Source of the DNA: Terriglobales bacterium
GTDB lineage: Bacteria; Acidobacteriota; Terriglobia; Terriglobales; Acidobacteriaceae
DNA length: 60,176 nucleotides
Assembly (NCBI GenBank): GCA_036001865.1
Contig: DASYTX010000096.1
Span: forward strand, 1-60,176
Direction of reading: 5' to 3'
Shown here: in pieces, positions 1 to 9,700 of the stretch
Numbering within the stretch: the stretch's first letter is position 1
Layout: each line of letters opens with the position of its first letter
The notes under the pieces: generated by a model
What the model was told of the DNA's origin: nothing
What the model saw: the letters and a program-made list of their open reading frames with translations, nothing else
The model's database searches: none
Program-made: the position numbers and the translations under genes

Positions 1-2
1 AA

Positions 3-1130
3 AAGCGCGTGAGCGAACTGGAAACGCAGCAGTGTTCATCGCCGGCTCAAGCCATTTCCGGCAATGTTCTTGCGGTCTCAGCCCATACCCAAGTGGAGGC
101 CGCCCGCCCGGCGCCGACCGACCCACCGGCTGAGCACTCCGCGGTCCGCCAGGCAGAGCATGAGTACCCTTCGCTGAATCTGCGTGGCTTCGCCGACGTT
201 GACTTCTCGGCTACTGATGAGCCGGGTGTGCGAAGTGGCTTCAATCTTGGCCAGTTCGTGCTGCACCTGGCTTCACCATTGTCAAAAAAGATCAGCTACT
301 TTGGGGAGTTGAGCTTCACTGCCAGTAGCACTGGATATGCCGTGGAAGTGGAGCGCTCCATCATCCGCTACGATTACAACGACCACTTCAAGCTCTCCTT
401 TGGCCGCTATCACACCCCTATCGGCTACTGGAACACTGCATTCCATCACGGTGCTTGGCTACAGACCACCATCAGCCGGCCGGAGATGGTTCGCTTCGGA
501 GGCCGGTTCGTTCCCATTCATTTTGTGGGATTACTGGCCGAAGGCAGTATTCCTTCTGGCGGTCTGGGGCTGGGCTACAATGCAGGCGTTGGCAATGGGC
601 GCGCCTCGATCATCAGCCGCGCCGGCGACGCCGGGGATAGCAACAACCACCGCGCCTGGGTGGCCAGCGTCTTTGGTCGGCCGTCGCGATTTTACGGCCT
701 GCAGTTTGGCGCATCCGTATATCGCGACAAGATCTCTCCGGATCTCGGTCCGCAGGTCAGTGAGTGGATCACCTCCGCCCATGTCGCCTGGACCAAGGAA
801 AAGCCGGAGGTCCTTGCAGAATTCGCCAACGTCCGCCACCGGGAGCTGTTGACCGGGCGCATCGTGAACAGTCAGGGATACTACATTCAGCTCGCCTACC
901 GGCTTCCCTGGTCCGAGAACAAGTGGAAGCCCTACTACCGCTTCGAGTATATTCACGTCCCTCAAAGCGAGCCGGTTTTAAACGTGGCGAACTTGGTAGG
1001 TTCCACTATCGGCGTACGCTACGACATCTCCGGTTTTGCCGCGATGAAGGGCGAGTATCGGAACACTCGCCGTCAAGCGGGAGAACCGCGCGTCAATGGC
1101 CTCTTCCTGCAGACTAGTTTCACTTTTTGA
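3..1130 (+). CDS. outer-membrane beta-barrel porin, phosphate-selective porin O/P-like (5' partial, continues upstream of the window)
   Basis: The frame is open from the window edge (..KRVSELETQ..) and the visible part has no signal peptide. The sequence shows an alternating beta-strand pattern and a C-terminal ..LFLQTSFTF ending in Phe, typical of OMP barrels. A PstS-like binding-domain gene follows 9 nt downstream. Confidence 0.55.
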   Translation, partial: KRVSELETQQCSSPAQAISGNVLAVSAHTQVEAARPAPTDPPAEHSAVRQAEHEYPSLNLRGFADVDFSATDEPGVRSGFNLGQFVLHLASPLSKKISYFGELSFTASSTGYAVEVERSIIRYDYNDHFKLSFGRYHTPIGYWNTAFHHGAWLQTTISRPEMVRFGGRFVPIHFVGLLAEGSIPSGGLGLGYNAGVGNGRASIISRAGDAGDSNNHRAWVASVFGRPSRFYGLQFGASVYRDKISPDLGPQVSEWITSAHVAWTKEKPEVLAEFANVRHRELLTGRIVNSQGYYIQLAYRLPWSENKWKPYYRFEYIHVPQSEPVLNVANLVGSTIGVRYDISGFAAMKGEYRNTRRQAGEPRVNGLFLQTSFTF

Positions 1131-1139
1131 TTTGTACCG

Positions 1140-1637
1140 ATGAGAACCAGTGTCAAGTGGCGGTCGCTGGTGTTGGCAGCGGTGAGCTGCTCCTGGTTTG
1201 TCTTCGTGGCGCAAGCGGCCGCGCAGGGCACACGCACAACCGACATCGCCGTGGTCGTGCATCCCGATACCCCCGTTTCCGACCTGAGCTTGAGCGAGGT
1301 GCGCAAGGTCTTGCTGGGCGAGCGCCAATACTGGAACAGCGAGGTCCCCGTCGTTCTGCTCATCCGCGCGCCCGTGGCTCGCGAACGCGCCGTGGTGCTC
1401 AAGGTCATCTACCAGATGACTGAAGCCCAATTCAAACAGTTCTGGATCGCCAAGATCTTTCGAGCCGAAGCAGTTTCCGCGCCCAAGATCGTCTATTCCA
1501 ACGACATGGCCAATGAGTTGGTGAAGGCGATCCCGGGCGCCATTGCCTTCATGGACGCCAAGGACGTGCGGCCCGGGGCCAGAGTGATACGGGTGTCCGG
1601 CCGGTTGCCAGGCGAGCCGGGCTATCAACTGCGCTAA
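1140..1637 (+). CDS. secreted PBP-like (PstS-type phosphate-binding fold) domain protein
   Basis: ATG start and a signal peptide, MRTSVKWRSLVLAAVSCSWFVFVAQAAAQG. The mature part (DIAVVVHPDTPVSDLSLSEVRKVLLGERQYW .. AIAFMD) resembles a periplasmic substrate-binding domain. Confidence 0.6.
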   Translation: MRTSVKWRSLVLAAVSCSWFVFVAQAAAQGTRTTDIAVVVHPDTPVSDLSLSEVRKVLLGERQYWNSEVPVVLLIRAPVARERAVVLKVIYQMTEAQFKQFWIAKIFRAEAVSAPKIVYSNDMANELVKAIPGAIAFMDAKDVRPGARVIRVSGRLPGEPGYQLR

Positions 1638-1715
1638 GTCAAAAATGTTGTGGGTGCTCGCGGCGCGAGCTTTGCGATTAAGCACCGACACCTATCACTG
1701 GCTCCTTTCCGGCGA

Positions 1716-4130
1716 TCAGCTGAACCCGAGCCGGTGCATCAAGTCCTGGAACTTGGGGTCGGAGCGCATTGGATCAAACACGGGATCGACTTTCAAAAAA
1801 ACCAGCCTGCTGTCACGCTCTTCATGCGCGCGCTGCAGCCACTCGATTGCCTGTTGCCTGTCGCCGAGCTGGGCATAACCTTGCGCCAAGGTGTATGCGG
1901 GCACGTAACCTCGCTTGGAAAGCTCCTTCAATCCTTCCAGCCAGCTCTCCAGCACACCTTTGTAACCTGACACGGCATAGTCCTGACCGATGGAGGCTGC
2001 CAATTCCGGGTTTCCGGCCAGTGTCATGACCCGTTGCCGCTCGGCCACAGCCTCCTTGTACATCCCGCTTTGCGCGTACGCTGCCTCAAGCGCCCGCTGC
2101 GCTGGTACGAAGGTGGAGTCCATGTCGAGTGTCTTGCGTAGCTGTTTGATGGCCTCGTCGTATTGGCGGGTGAAGTAATACAGCTTGCCGAGTGTGGTGT
2201 TGATGAGGAGCGACATCGGCTCCAGCTCTTGTGCCCTCCTGAGCTCGCGACCCGCTTCTTCGAAGCGCCCCATCTTCAGGAGATAATCTCCATACCAGTG
2301 GTGGGCCGCCACCGAGTTGGGATTAAGTTCGATGGCTCGCCTGAACTCCTGTTCCGCCCCTGCCCAATCCCAATCGTAATGCTCCTTGACCAACGCCAAG
2401 GAGGTGTGCGCCTCCGCCAGGCGGTCGTCGACCCTCAGCGCCTCCGAAGCGGCAGACTTTGCCCGCAGCCAGGCATCCCTCGACGGAAGATACCCGGAAT
2501 CTCCCAGCAGCGTGTATGTGTCCGCCAGTCCGGCATAGGCCAGGGCGTAATTGGGGTCCTTCTGCGCCGCTTCGCGGAAATAATTGGCGGCCTTCTTCAA
2601 TCCGTCTTCCGTCGACCGGTTCCAGTAATACAGGCCCCGCAGATAAAGCTGGTAAGCTTCCGCGTTTTCGGTGTAGTGCTTGGTCAGGCGTTGCTTCTCC
2701 TCGACGGTCAGCTTCGGGCGCAGGTTTTCATAGATGTCCCTGACAATGGCTTCCTGCACCACCACCAAGTCGGAGAGCTTGCGGTTGTACTGTGCGCCCC
2801 ATATTTGCGATCCATCACCGACATTCACGAGGTCAACCTGAATATTCAGCGTTTCACCACGTTGCGTAACCCTTCCTACCAATACGGCCTCAACATCGAG
2901 GTCACGTCCGATCTTCTGTGGGTCGGATTGCTGCCCCTTGTAAATAAAGACGGCGCTACGGGACTTCACCCGCACGTTGGAAAGCTGCGCCAGGCTGTTG
3001 ATGATGCCTTCCGTGATGCCATCGCTGAGGTACTCCACATTGCCGTCCGTGCTCGCGTTGACAAAAGGAAGGACGGCGATCGACTGGATGCGTCCCGAGC
3101 CAAAGCCTCGCCACAGCCGTTCCCTAAGCCCGCCCAGGTTGAGGCCCAAGAGCAGCAGCAGGACCAGCATGCCCGCTGCCGTAGCCATGGCCGCGGTGCG
3201 CCGCCGGCGGCGCACCGCCGGTAACGGTGCCGAGGTCGCGGTCACACGTGCGGAATCACTGTCACGTTTGGCACGCTTCAAATCGGCGCGCAGCTCGGCC
3301 GCGGTCTGGTAGCGCAGCTCGCGGTTCTTTTCCATGATCTTGGTGACGATGCGCTCGAGTTCCACCGGCAGGTCAGGATTGAACCGCAGAATGGGCGCCG
3401 GGGCGCGATTCAGGATGGCATCGAAGATGACCGCCGAAGTGCTCCCCGTGAACGCCGGCTTGCCCGTGGCCATCTCGTACAGCACGGCGCCGAATGAGAA
3501 CAGATCAGTGCGCACGTCCAGTTCTTCTCCCCGTGCCTGCTCTGGCGACATGTAGGCCACGGTGCCCAGCGATACGCCCGTGCTGGTCAAGTTCTCCTCG
3601 GTGGTGCCGATGGTTGCCAAGGATGCGACGCCGACACCTTCGGCCACGCGCTTGCGGTCGGGCACTAGTTTCGCCAGCCCGAAATCCAACACTTTCGCCT
3701 GCCCACGGCGCGTTATAAAGATATTGGCGGGTTTGAGGTCACGATGGATGATCCCTCGTTCGTGCGCCGCGTCCAAGGCATCGGCCACCTGGATGCCCAC
3801 TTCCATGATCTGTTCGGTGTCGAGGCGGCTGTTGGCGGTGCGGTACTTCAGCGTCTCGCCTTCCAGGAACTCCATGCAAATGAAGGGCTGGCCCTCATGC
3901 TCGTCGACCTCGTAGATGGTGCAGATGTTGGGGTGATTGATGGCCGAAGCCGCGCGTGCTTCGCGCTGGAAGCGCTCCAGCGCCTGCCGGTCCCGCCATA
4001 GCTCTTGCGGGAGGAACTTGAGGGCCACACGCCGGCCAAGTCGGAGGTCTTCCGCCCGGTACACCACGCCCATGCCGCCGCCGCCCAGCTTTTCCTCTAT
4101 GCGATAGTGCGAAACCGTCTGACCGATCAT
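1716..4130 (-). CDS. Ser/Thr protein kinase with a transmembrane segment and C-terminal TPR repeats
   Basis: Hanks kinase motifs are present: [30 protein letters not shown] and SPEQ. A TM stretch ([18 protein letters not shown]) is followed by TPR-like repeats ([14 protein letters not shown], ..). Confidence 0.9.
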   Translation of the reverse strand: MIGQTVSHYRIEEKLGGGGMGVVYRAEDLRLGRRVALKFLPQELWRDRQALERFQREARAASAINHPNICTIYEVDEHEGQPFICMEFLEGETLKYRTANSRLDTEQIMEVGIQVADALDAAHERGIIHRDLKPANIFITRRGQAKVLDFGLAKLVPDRKRVAEGVGVASLATIGTTEENLTSTGVSLGTVAYMSPEQARGEELDVRTDLFSFGAVLYEMATGKPAFTGSTSAVIFDAILNRAPAPILRFNPDLPVELERIVTKIMEKNRELRYQTAAELRADLKRAKRDSDSARVTATSAPLPAVRRRRRTAAMATAAGMLVLLLLLGLNLGGLRERLWRGFGSGRIQSIAVLPFVNASTDGNVEYLSDGITEGIINSLAQLSNVRVKSRSAVFIYKGQQSDPQKIGRDLDVEAVLVGRVTQRGETLNIQVDLVNVGDGSQIWGAQYNRKLSDLVVVQEAIVRDIYENLRPKLTVEEKQRLTKHYTENAEAYQLYLRGLYYWNRSTEDGLKKAANYFREAAQKDPNYALAYAGLADTYTLLGDSGYLPSRDAWLRAKSAASEALRVDDRLAEAHTSLALVKEHYDWDWAGAEQEFRRAIELNPNSVAAHHWYGDYLLKMGRFEEAGRELRRAQELEPMSLLINTTLGKLYYFTRQYDEAIKQLRKTLDMDSTFVPAQRALEAAYAQSGMYKEAVAERQRVMTLAGNPELAASIGQDYAVSGYKGVLESWLEGLKELSKRGYVPAYTLAQGYAQLGDRQQAIEWLQRAHEERDSRLVFLKVDPVFDPMRSDPKFQDLMHRLGFS

Positions 4131-4520
4131 GGACGCAGAGGGGGCATGTTAGGCTCCCGCCGAGACGTAAGTCAACGCACTGCCACCTTCGCATCACAGC
4201 GCTAGCAATCGGGTGCGCGGATTTTCGGGTACTGGCGCCGCTATCATCCTTAAGCGTTGACTGCTGTTTCCTTCCAGGATGCAGGTGACGCGCCATTGCA
4301 AACTCGGATACCTTGTGATATTATCGTACCTTGATTGTATGTCTAGATGTAAACACCCTAGTTCGCCCCTTACTCCTTTATTTCCGGGATTTTGCCTCTA
4401 ACTCCTTCATATTGCGAGATCACTGCCACGATATCCCTTCAGCCCTGCGTAACTGTCCGCATTTTCAATCGCATCCAAACCGGGCCCCGGGGTGAGGGCC
4501 GGGCGTAAAATAACTCGGCT

Positions 4521-5357
4521 GTGGATGTCTACGAAGAACTCGTGAAGCTGCGCCGGGAAGGCCGCCGCGGGGCGCTGGCCACCATTGTCAACGTGCGTGG
4601 CTCCATCCCGTCGTTCCAGACCGCCAAGATGCTGGTGCGCGACGACGGTTCCATCGCCGGCACCATCGGGGGTGGCTGCGTCGAGGCCGAGGTCTGGCAA
4701 GTGGCGCGCGAGGTAATGGAATCGGAGAAGCCGCGCACTCTCAGCTTCAACCTCAACAACAATCCCAAGTACGACACCGGCCTGGTCTGCGGTGGCACGC
4801 TGGAAATCTTCATCGAGCCCATCCTGCCCATAGCCGTGCTTTACATCTTCGGCGCCGGTCACGTGGCGCTGAACCTCTACAAGGTCGCGCGCATTGCCGG
4901 CTTCGAAGTCGTGGTGGTGGACGACCGCGAATCTTACGCCAACCGCGAGCGCTTTCCCGAGGCGCAGGAGATCTATGCGGATGATTTCGACCACGCCATG
5001 GCGCAGATTGCGCCTAACGAGAACTCCTACCTGGTGATCGTCACCCGCGGTCACCATGACGACATGCGCGTGCTGCGCTGGGCCGTCGACACCGCGGCGC
5101 GCTACATAGGGATGATCGGCTCCAAGCGTAAGGTCATCGCTATCTATAAGGAGTTAGAGAAGGAAGGCATCCCGCGGCAGAAATTCGAACGCCTACATGC
5201 CCCCATGGGCCTCGACATCGGCGCCATCACCCCGGAAGAAATCGCCGTGGCCGTTGTCGGGGAGATGATCGCCATCCGCCGCCACGCCGAAGCGGCTGTG
5301 CCCGTCATGCGCTATTCGCTGGCCGAGCAGGCCGAGCCCACTCCCTCGACGGACTGA
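4521..5357 (+). CDS. XdhC/CoxI family molybdoenzyme maturation accessory protein
   Basis: N-terminal ..RRGALATIVNVRGSIPS..GGGCVE and a Rossmann-like IFGAGHVA..VVVVDDR match the XdhC_CoxI architecture. The start codon is GTG. Confidence 0.8.
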   Translation: MDVYEELVKLRREGRRGALATIVNVRGSIPSFQTAKMLVRDDGSIAGTIGGGCVEAEVWQVAREVMESEKPRTLSFNLNNNPKYDTGLVCGGTLEIFIEPILPIAVLYIFGAGHVALNLYKVARIAGFEVVVVDDRESYANRERFPEAQEIYADDFDHAMAQIAPNENSYLVIVTRGHHDDMRVLRWAVDTAARYIGMIGSKRKVIAIYKELEKEGIPRQKFERLHAPMGLDIGAITPEEIAVAVVGEMIAIRRHAEAAVPVMRYSLAEQAEPTPSTD

Positions 5358-5361
5358 CCCT

Positions 5362-5991
5362 TTGGCTCGCGCACCCAGCTTTTGTGGCGTGGTCCTGGCC
5401 GCCGGTGAATCTTCCCGCATGGGCCGTGACAAGGCGCTGCTGCCCTGGCCTCCTCGCAGCTCTGCTGGCTCCCAAGCCGGTACTTTTCTGTCGGGTGCGA
5501 TCCAGTTGCTCCAGCCGTACACGCAACTGGTGATTGTGGTCGCCGGCAAGAATGCCGATTCCATCAGCCCCGTCGTCTACGCCCACGGTGCTTTTCTCGC
5601 CGTGAACCGTGCTCCCGAGCGCGGCCAGTTCAGTTCTCTCCAGGTCGGACTCCAGGAGGTCCTCAACCGCGGGCGCGACGCCGCCATCGTGGCTCTGGTC
5701 GATCGCCCGCCTGCCCAGCCAAGTACAGTTGAGCTTCTCTGCCGGGCCTTCAGCGAGGCTGTTGAACGGGGGACGTGGGCAGTGATCCCCGAGTACGGCG
5801 GCAAGCACGGGCACCCAATTGTGGTGGGACGGGAGATGATCGAAGCCTTCCTCAAAGCTCCCCCCACATCCACCGCACGCGACGTGGAACATTCCCTGCA
5901 GCCGCGCATCGTTTACGTGCCCGTTGACGATCCTCCGGTGGTCGCCAATGTGGACACCCCCGAGGACTACGCCGCCCTGAAGATGCAATGA
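5362..5991 (+). CDS. MobA/MocA-like molybdenum cofactor nucleotidyltransferase
   Basis: The motif GVVLAAGESSRMGRDKALLPW is the NTP_transf_3 signature. The gene lies 4 nt after xdhC-like, and its stop overlaps the next start (ATGA). Confidence 0.75.
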   Translation: MARAPSFCGVVLAAGESSRMGRDKALLPWPPRSSAGSQAGTFLSGAIQLLQPYTQLVIVVAGKNADSISPVVYAHGAFLAVNRAPERGQFSSLQVGLQEVLNRGRDAAIVALVDRPPAQPSTVELLCRAFSEAVERGTWAVIPEYGGKHGHPIVVGREMIEAFLKAPPTSTARDVEHSLQPRIVYVPVDDPPVVANVDTPEDYAALKMQ

Positions 5992-6686
5992 CTTCTAGTT
6001 TCCGCTCCGCTGGCGACTTCATCCAGAGCGTGCTCGACCTGAAGCCGCGGGTCGCCGTCTTTGACTGCGATGGCACGCTGTGGTCGGGAGACGCGGGCGA
6101 GGACTTCTTCTACTGGGAAATCGATCGAAGGCTGCTGCCGCACGCAACCGCCAAATCTGCGCTATCCCGTTACGAGGAGTACAAGCGCGGCCAGGTCGCC
6201 GAGGAGCAAATGTGCGGGGAAATGGTCACCATCCACAAAGGTATCCCCGAGGAAAAACTCATACACGCCGCCGAAGATTTCTTCGCGGAGAAGGTTGCGT
6301 TGCGCATCTTCCCGCAGATGCAGGAGTTGATTATGGATCTGTGCGAGCGCGCCTGCCAGATTTGGGCGGTGTCGTCCACCAACGAATGGGTGGTACATGC
6401 GGGCGCGCGGCGGTTCGGCATCCCGGAGGAGCGGGTCCTTGCCGCCTGCGTGGAGAAAGAGAACGGCTGCGCCTCTAATCGCCTGCTGCGCGTTCCCACC
6501 GGCCAGGGCAAGGCGCAAGCTATCAACGAGAAGATTGGCGCCCCTGTAGACGTTGCCTTCGGCAACACCGTGCACGATGTCGCCATGCTTTCTCTCGCAC
6601 GCCACGCCTTCGCCATTGGCCCCGACGCCGAACTGGAAGAGCTTGCTCGCCTGCGCGGCTGGGTCATTTACCGCCCAGAAACCTGA
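5988..6686 (+). CDS. HAD-superfamily hydrolase (phosphoserine-phosphatase-like subfamily IB)
   Basis: HAD motif I is present as VAVFDCDGTLW, with a later ..VSSTNEW.. and a C-terminal FGNTVHDVAML (motif IV-like). The gene is translationally coupled to the upstream gene. Confidence 0.75.
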   Translation: MTSSFRSAGDFIQSVLDLKPRVAVFDCDGTLWSGDAGEDFFYWEIDRRLLPHATAKSALSRYEEYKRGQVAEEQMCGEMVTIHKGIPEEKLIHAAEDFFAEKVALRIFPQMQELIMDLCERACQIWAVSSTNEWVVHAGARRFGIPEERVLAACVEKENGCASNRLLRVPTGQGKAQAINEKIGAPVDVAFGNTVHDVAMLSLARHAFAIGPDAELEELARLRGWVIYRPET

Positions 6687-6705
6687 CCCTTCCTTTTTTT
6701 CGCGA

Positions 6706-7062
6706 CTACGGCAGCTGTTTCAGCACGGCGGCGAGCGCGTCCATGGCTAGATGACTGGCGTGAGTGGACTCCTTTCTCAGGCCGCCAACCGCTACCACCA
6801 GCTCTTCACGGCGCAACGCTCGTGCCTCGGAGAGCCTGCGTCCTTGCAGCAACTCCGTTAACGCCGAGCCGCAGGCGATCGAGGGCACACAGCCTTTGGC
6901 ACGAAAGCTCGCCGCAGCGATGCGGCCGCCCTCGACTTTCAGCCACAATTGCAGAATATCGCCGCAGACGGGATTCTCCACTCGGACTGTGGCGTCGGCG
7001 TCAGCGATCTCGCCCACGTTTCGCGGATGCTCGAAGTGGTCAATGATCTGCGGCGAATACAT
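6706..7062 (-). CDS. IscU/NifU N-terminal-domain Fe-S cluster scaffold protein
   Basis: MYSPQIIDHFEHPRNVGEI..ENPVCGD..FRAKGCVPSIACGS carries the three conserved Cys of IscU-type scaffolds. Confidence 0.85.
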   Translation of the reverse strand: MYSPQIIDHFEHPRNVGEIADADATVRVENPVCGDILQLWLKVEGGRIAAASFRAKGCVPSIACGSALTELLQGRRLSEARALRREELVVAVGGLRKESTHASHLAMDALAAVLKQLP

Positions 7063-7151
7063 TGGAGCAGTCGGCAGCGGCCAGTAGCGGTCAACAGCAC
7101 ACGCAGGAATTCTCAGTATAGTCGTCCGCCGAAGCTATAATCGCTGCCATC

Positions 7152-8324
7152 GTGGCCGTCAGTTACGTCCAGCACGTGCGTGGCATCTTCCGTCCCAAGC
7201 GGCTGGAATCGCTGTTCCTGTTCGTCACCTCGGCTTGCAATTCGCTCTGCCGCACCTGCTTTTACTGGGAGGAGTTGAACCAGAGCCGCGATCTTACTTT
7301 CGACCAGATTGCGCACCTCAGCGCCACGGCGCCGCCGTTTCACAAGCTGTGGCTCTCGGGTGGCGAACCATTTCTGCGGAAGGAACTGGCTGAGATCATC
7401 GAGCTGTTCTACGTCAACAACGGCATGCGGCACGTCAACCTTCCCACCAACGGCCTGCTGCCGCAGAAACTGGAATCGGTCATCACCCGCGTGCTCGATC
7501 GCTGTCCGGAACTGGCGATTGACCTCAACTTCTCTCTCGACGGTCTGGCCAACACCCACGATGCCATACGCGGCGTGCCCAACAATTTTCAGAAAACGCT
7601 CGCTACTTTGGATCTTGCCGGCGCCAAGTGGAAAGGCGTCCGCCGGCTGCGGCGCAACGTGGTCAGCGTGATCACGGCGGAGAACTACCACGAACTGGTG
7701 GACCTCGGCCTCAAGCTGCTGCGCGACTATGACCTCGACGGCCATTACTGCGAGATCATCCGTGGCGACCCCATGGACGTATCCCTGAAGCGTCTGCCTC
7801 CTCAGGAACTCGCCGAATTGCACCGCCGGATCTTGAGGGCGCACGAGCGATATGCCGATAGGCTGTTCGAGCACCTCGCGCCGCCGGCGCGCCACTTTGC
7901 CCGTATGTACTACCTGGGCCACTTGAAGTTTCACTTTGATTTACACGAGCAAAATCACTACAGCAACAAGGCTTGGCCGATGGCCTGCACTGCCGGTCAA
8001 ACCACGATAGTCATTGACCATGATGGCAGCTTTCGCGCGTGCGAGTTGCGCTCCAAGCTTGGCCGGCTTCAGGACTTCGACTTCGATTTGACCGCCGCAC
8101 TTAATTCCCCAGAAATGAAACAAGAGATCGCGGCCATTCCCAAGGCACAATGCTGGTGCACTCATTCGTGCTTCATCCACACATCTGCCAAATTTAGTCC
8201 CAAGGTAATGCTGTTTCACATTCCGTGGGCCTATCTGAAGCACCGGTGGCAGCGGCTGCCGCAGATCGATGTGGCCGAGCTCGAGCCTTTCCGGGTAGCC
8301 GACGCGCCGCAGCTTCGCAATTGA
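7152..8324 (+). CDS. radical SAM enzyme with a C-terminal twitch/SPASM-like Cys cluster
   Basis: The CX3CX2C motif is seen in VTSACNSLCRTCFYW, with a GGEP motif (LSGGEPFL) and NLPTNG. The C-terminal part has C-x17-C and CWCTHSC. Confidence 0.85.
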   Translation: MAVSYVQHVRGIFRPKRLESLFLFVTSACNSLCRTCFYWEELNQSRDLTFDQIAHLSATAPPFHKLWLSGGEPFLRKELAEIIELFYVNNGMRHVNLPTNGLLPQKLESVITRVLDRCPELAIDLNFSLDGLANTHDAIRGVPNNFQKTLATLDLAGAKWKGVRRLRRNVVSVITAENYHELVDLGLKLLRDYDLDGHYCEIIRGDPMDVSLKRLPPQELAELHRRILRAHERYADRLFEHLAPPARHFARMYYLGHLKFHFDLHEQNHYSNKAWPMACTAGQTTIVIDHDGSFRACELRSKLGRLQDFDFDLTAALNSPEMKQEIAAIPKAQCWCTHSCFIHTSAKFSPKVMLFHIPWAYLKHRWQRLPQIDVAELEPFRVADAPQLRN

Positions 8325-8330
8325 CCTTGC

Positions 8331-9149
8331 ATGCAGGCCGACTTCTCTCCCCAGCGTGTTGTCTCTTTGCAGCCCAGCGCCAGCGTGATCCTGGCTCACC
8401 TCGGAATGCTGGACCGGCTGGTGGCATGCACGCGCTACTGCAAGGACGTCGTGCCCGACCTGGGCGGCATCACAATTGTGTCGGACTCATGGACCGCGCA
8501 GGCCGAACAAATCATAGCGGCAGGGCCGGAGCTGGTGATCGCGGCAGTCCCGTACCAGCTTGAATCCGTCGCTCAGATTCTCAAGGCGGGGATACGCTTC
8601 CTGGGGCTGGCACCGAAATCGCTGGCTGATATCTACACCGACATAGCCGCCATTGCCGGGGTGATGGGAGCGAGCGACCGCGGCCAGAAGATCATCTCCG
8701 AAATGCAACGCGAGATCGCCGCTGCCTGCGCGCGCAACCACTCGACTTCGCCAAAACCGCGCGTCTTCTGCGAAGAGTGGGGCAAGCCCATCATTCACTC
8801 GCAGCGCTGGGTGGCGGAACTGGTGGAAGCCGCTGGCGGGGAGTTTGTCGGCGAGCCAGGAGCAAAGACGGAGGCGGAGGCCGTCCGCCGCTCCGACCCC
8901 GACGTCATCGTGATGGCGTGGTGCGGAGCGGGCGATCGCGTCCCGCTAGAGAAGGTCCTGCGCGAACGCCGGTGGCACGAGCTGCGGGCCGCCCGCCAGA
9001 GACGCGTCTACTGCATCTCGGACGAGCTGCTGAATACTCCCGCGCCTACCCTGCTCGACGGCTTGTGCGCCTTGGAAATGGCAATCCACCCCGAGCGGCA
9101 TCCGCAGATGCCGCGCGGCATCCGTGGCCTGGCCGAAAGCAATCACTAA
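8331..9149 (+). CDS. BtuF/TroA-like (cluster A) binding protein lacking a signal peptide
   Basis: RVVSLQPSASVILAHLG..LVA and ..PELVIAA..IVMAWCG..NTPAPTLLDG match the periplasmic_binding_2 fold. The N-terminus MQADFSPQR has no hydrophobic leader. The gene starts 6 nt after the radical SAM gene. Confidence 0.7.
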   Translation: MQADFSPQRVVSLQPSASVILAHLGMLDRLVACTRYCKDVVPDLGGITIVSDSWTAQAEQIIAAGPELVIAAVPYQLESVAQILKAGIRFLGLAPKSLADIYTDIAAIAGVMGASDRGQKIISEMQREIAAACARNHSTSPKPRVFCEEWGKPIIHSQRWVAELVEAAGGEFVGEPGAKTEAEAVRRSDPDVIVMAWCGAGDRVPLEKVLRERRWHELRAARQRRVYCISDELLNTPAPTLLDGLCALEMAIHPERHPQMPRGIRGLAESNH

Positions 9150-9208
9150 GTACTTTTCCACTTTTTTCACGCCGCTGACCCTTCCTTCACTTGTGCTTTA
9201 ATAGTTGA

Positions 9209-9700
9209 ATGCCCGCCACCGAACAAGAAACCCAGAGCCTGCTGCGAGAGCTGGAACAGGTGGCCGAGCAAGCGAGATCTGCCGACGACCTGATGTGGAC
9301 CGTCGTCCGCCGTTTGGCTGACGGGGCACCGAAGTACAACTGGATCGGCTTCTACATGGTCGAACGAGGCCGAAACGGCGTCGACCAACTGATGCTTGCG
9401 CCGTTCGTGGGCGCAGCGACGCCACACACGCGCATCCCTTTGAACAAAGGCATTTGCGGCGCGGCAGCTTCGAGCGGCCAGACCATCGTAGTGGACGACG
9501 TCGCGTCCGATCCCCGATATCTCGCCTGCTCCGTTGAAACCAAGTCGGAGATTGTGGCGCCGGTGTTCGTGCGCGGCGAAGTGGTGGGCGAGCTTGACAT
9601 CGACAGCCATTCTCCCGCCGCCTTTGGGCCGGAAGACCGCAAACTGGTGGAGCACTGCGCGGCGCTGGTCGGCCGTTATCTCGAGAAGACTACCGCATGA
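9209..9700 (+). CDS. GAF-domain free methionine-(R)-sulfoxide reductase (fRMsr/MsrC-like)
   Basis: WIGFY..LAPFVG..GICGAAA..VDDV..YLACS..KSEIVAPV..GELDIDS matches the YebR/fRMsr pattern. Confidence 0.75.
   Translation: MPATEQETQSLLRELEQVAEQARSADDLMWTVVRRLADGAPKYNWIGFYMVERGRNGVDQLMLAPFVGAATPHTRIPLNKGICGAAASSGQTIVVDDVASDPRYLACSVETKSEIVAPVFVRGEVVGELDIDSHSPAAFGPEDRKLVEHCAALVGRYLEKTTA

Noticed and set aside
2163-3224. A 353-aa plus-strand ORF inside the Ser/Thr kinase gene
   Set aside because: It is a shadow ORF opposite the TPR and kinase coding region and has no recognisable domain.
4131-4520. A Moco riboswitch or other element in the 390-nt lower-GC spacer upstream of the xdhC/mocA operon
   Set aside because: This is probably just a divergent promoter region between the kinase and xdhC. 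I cannot reproduce the Moco motif consensus from memory well enough to support a call.
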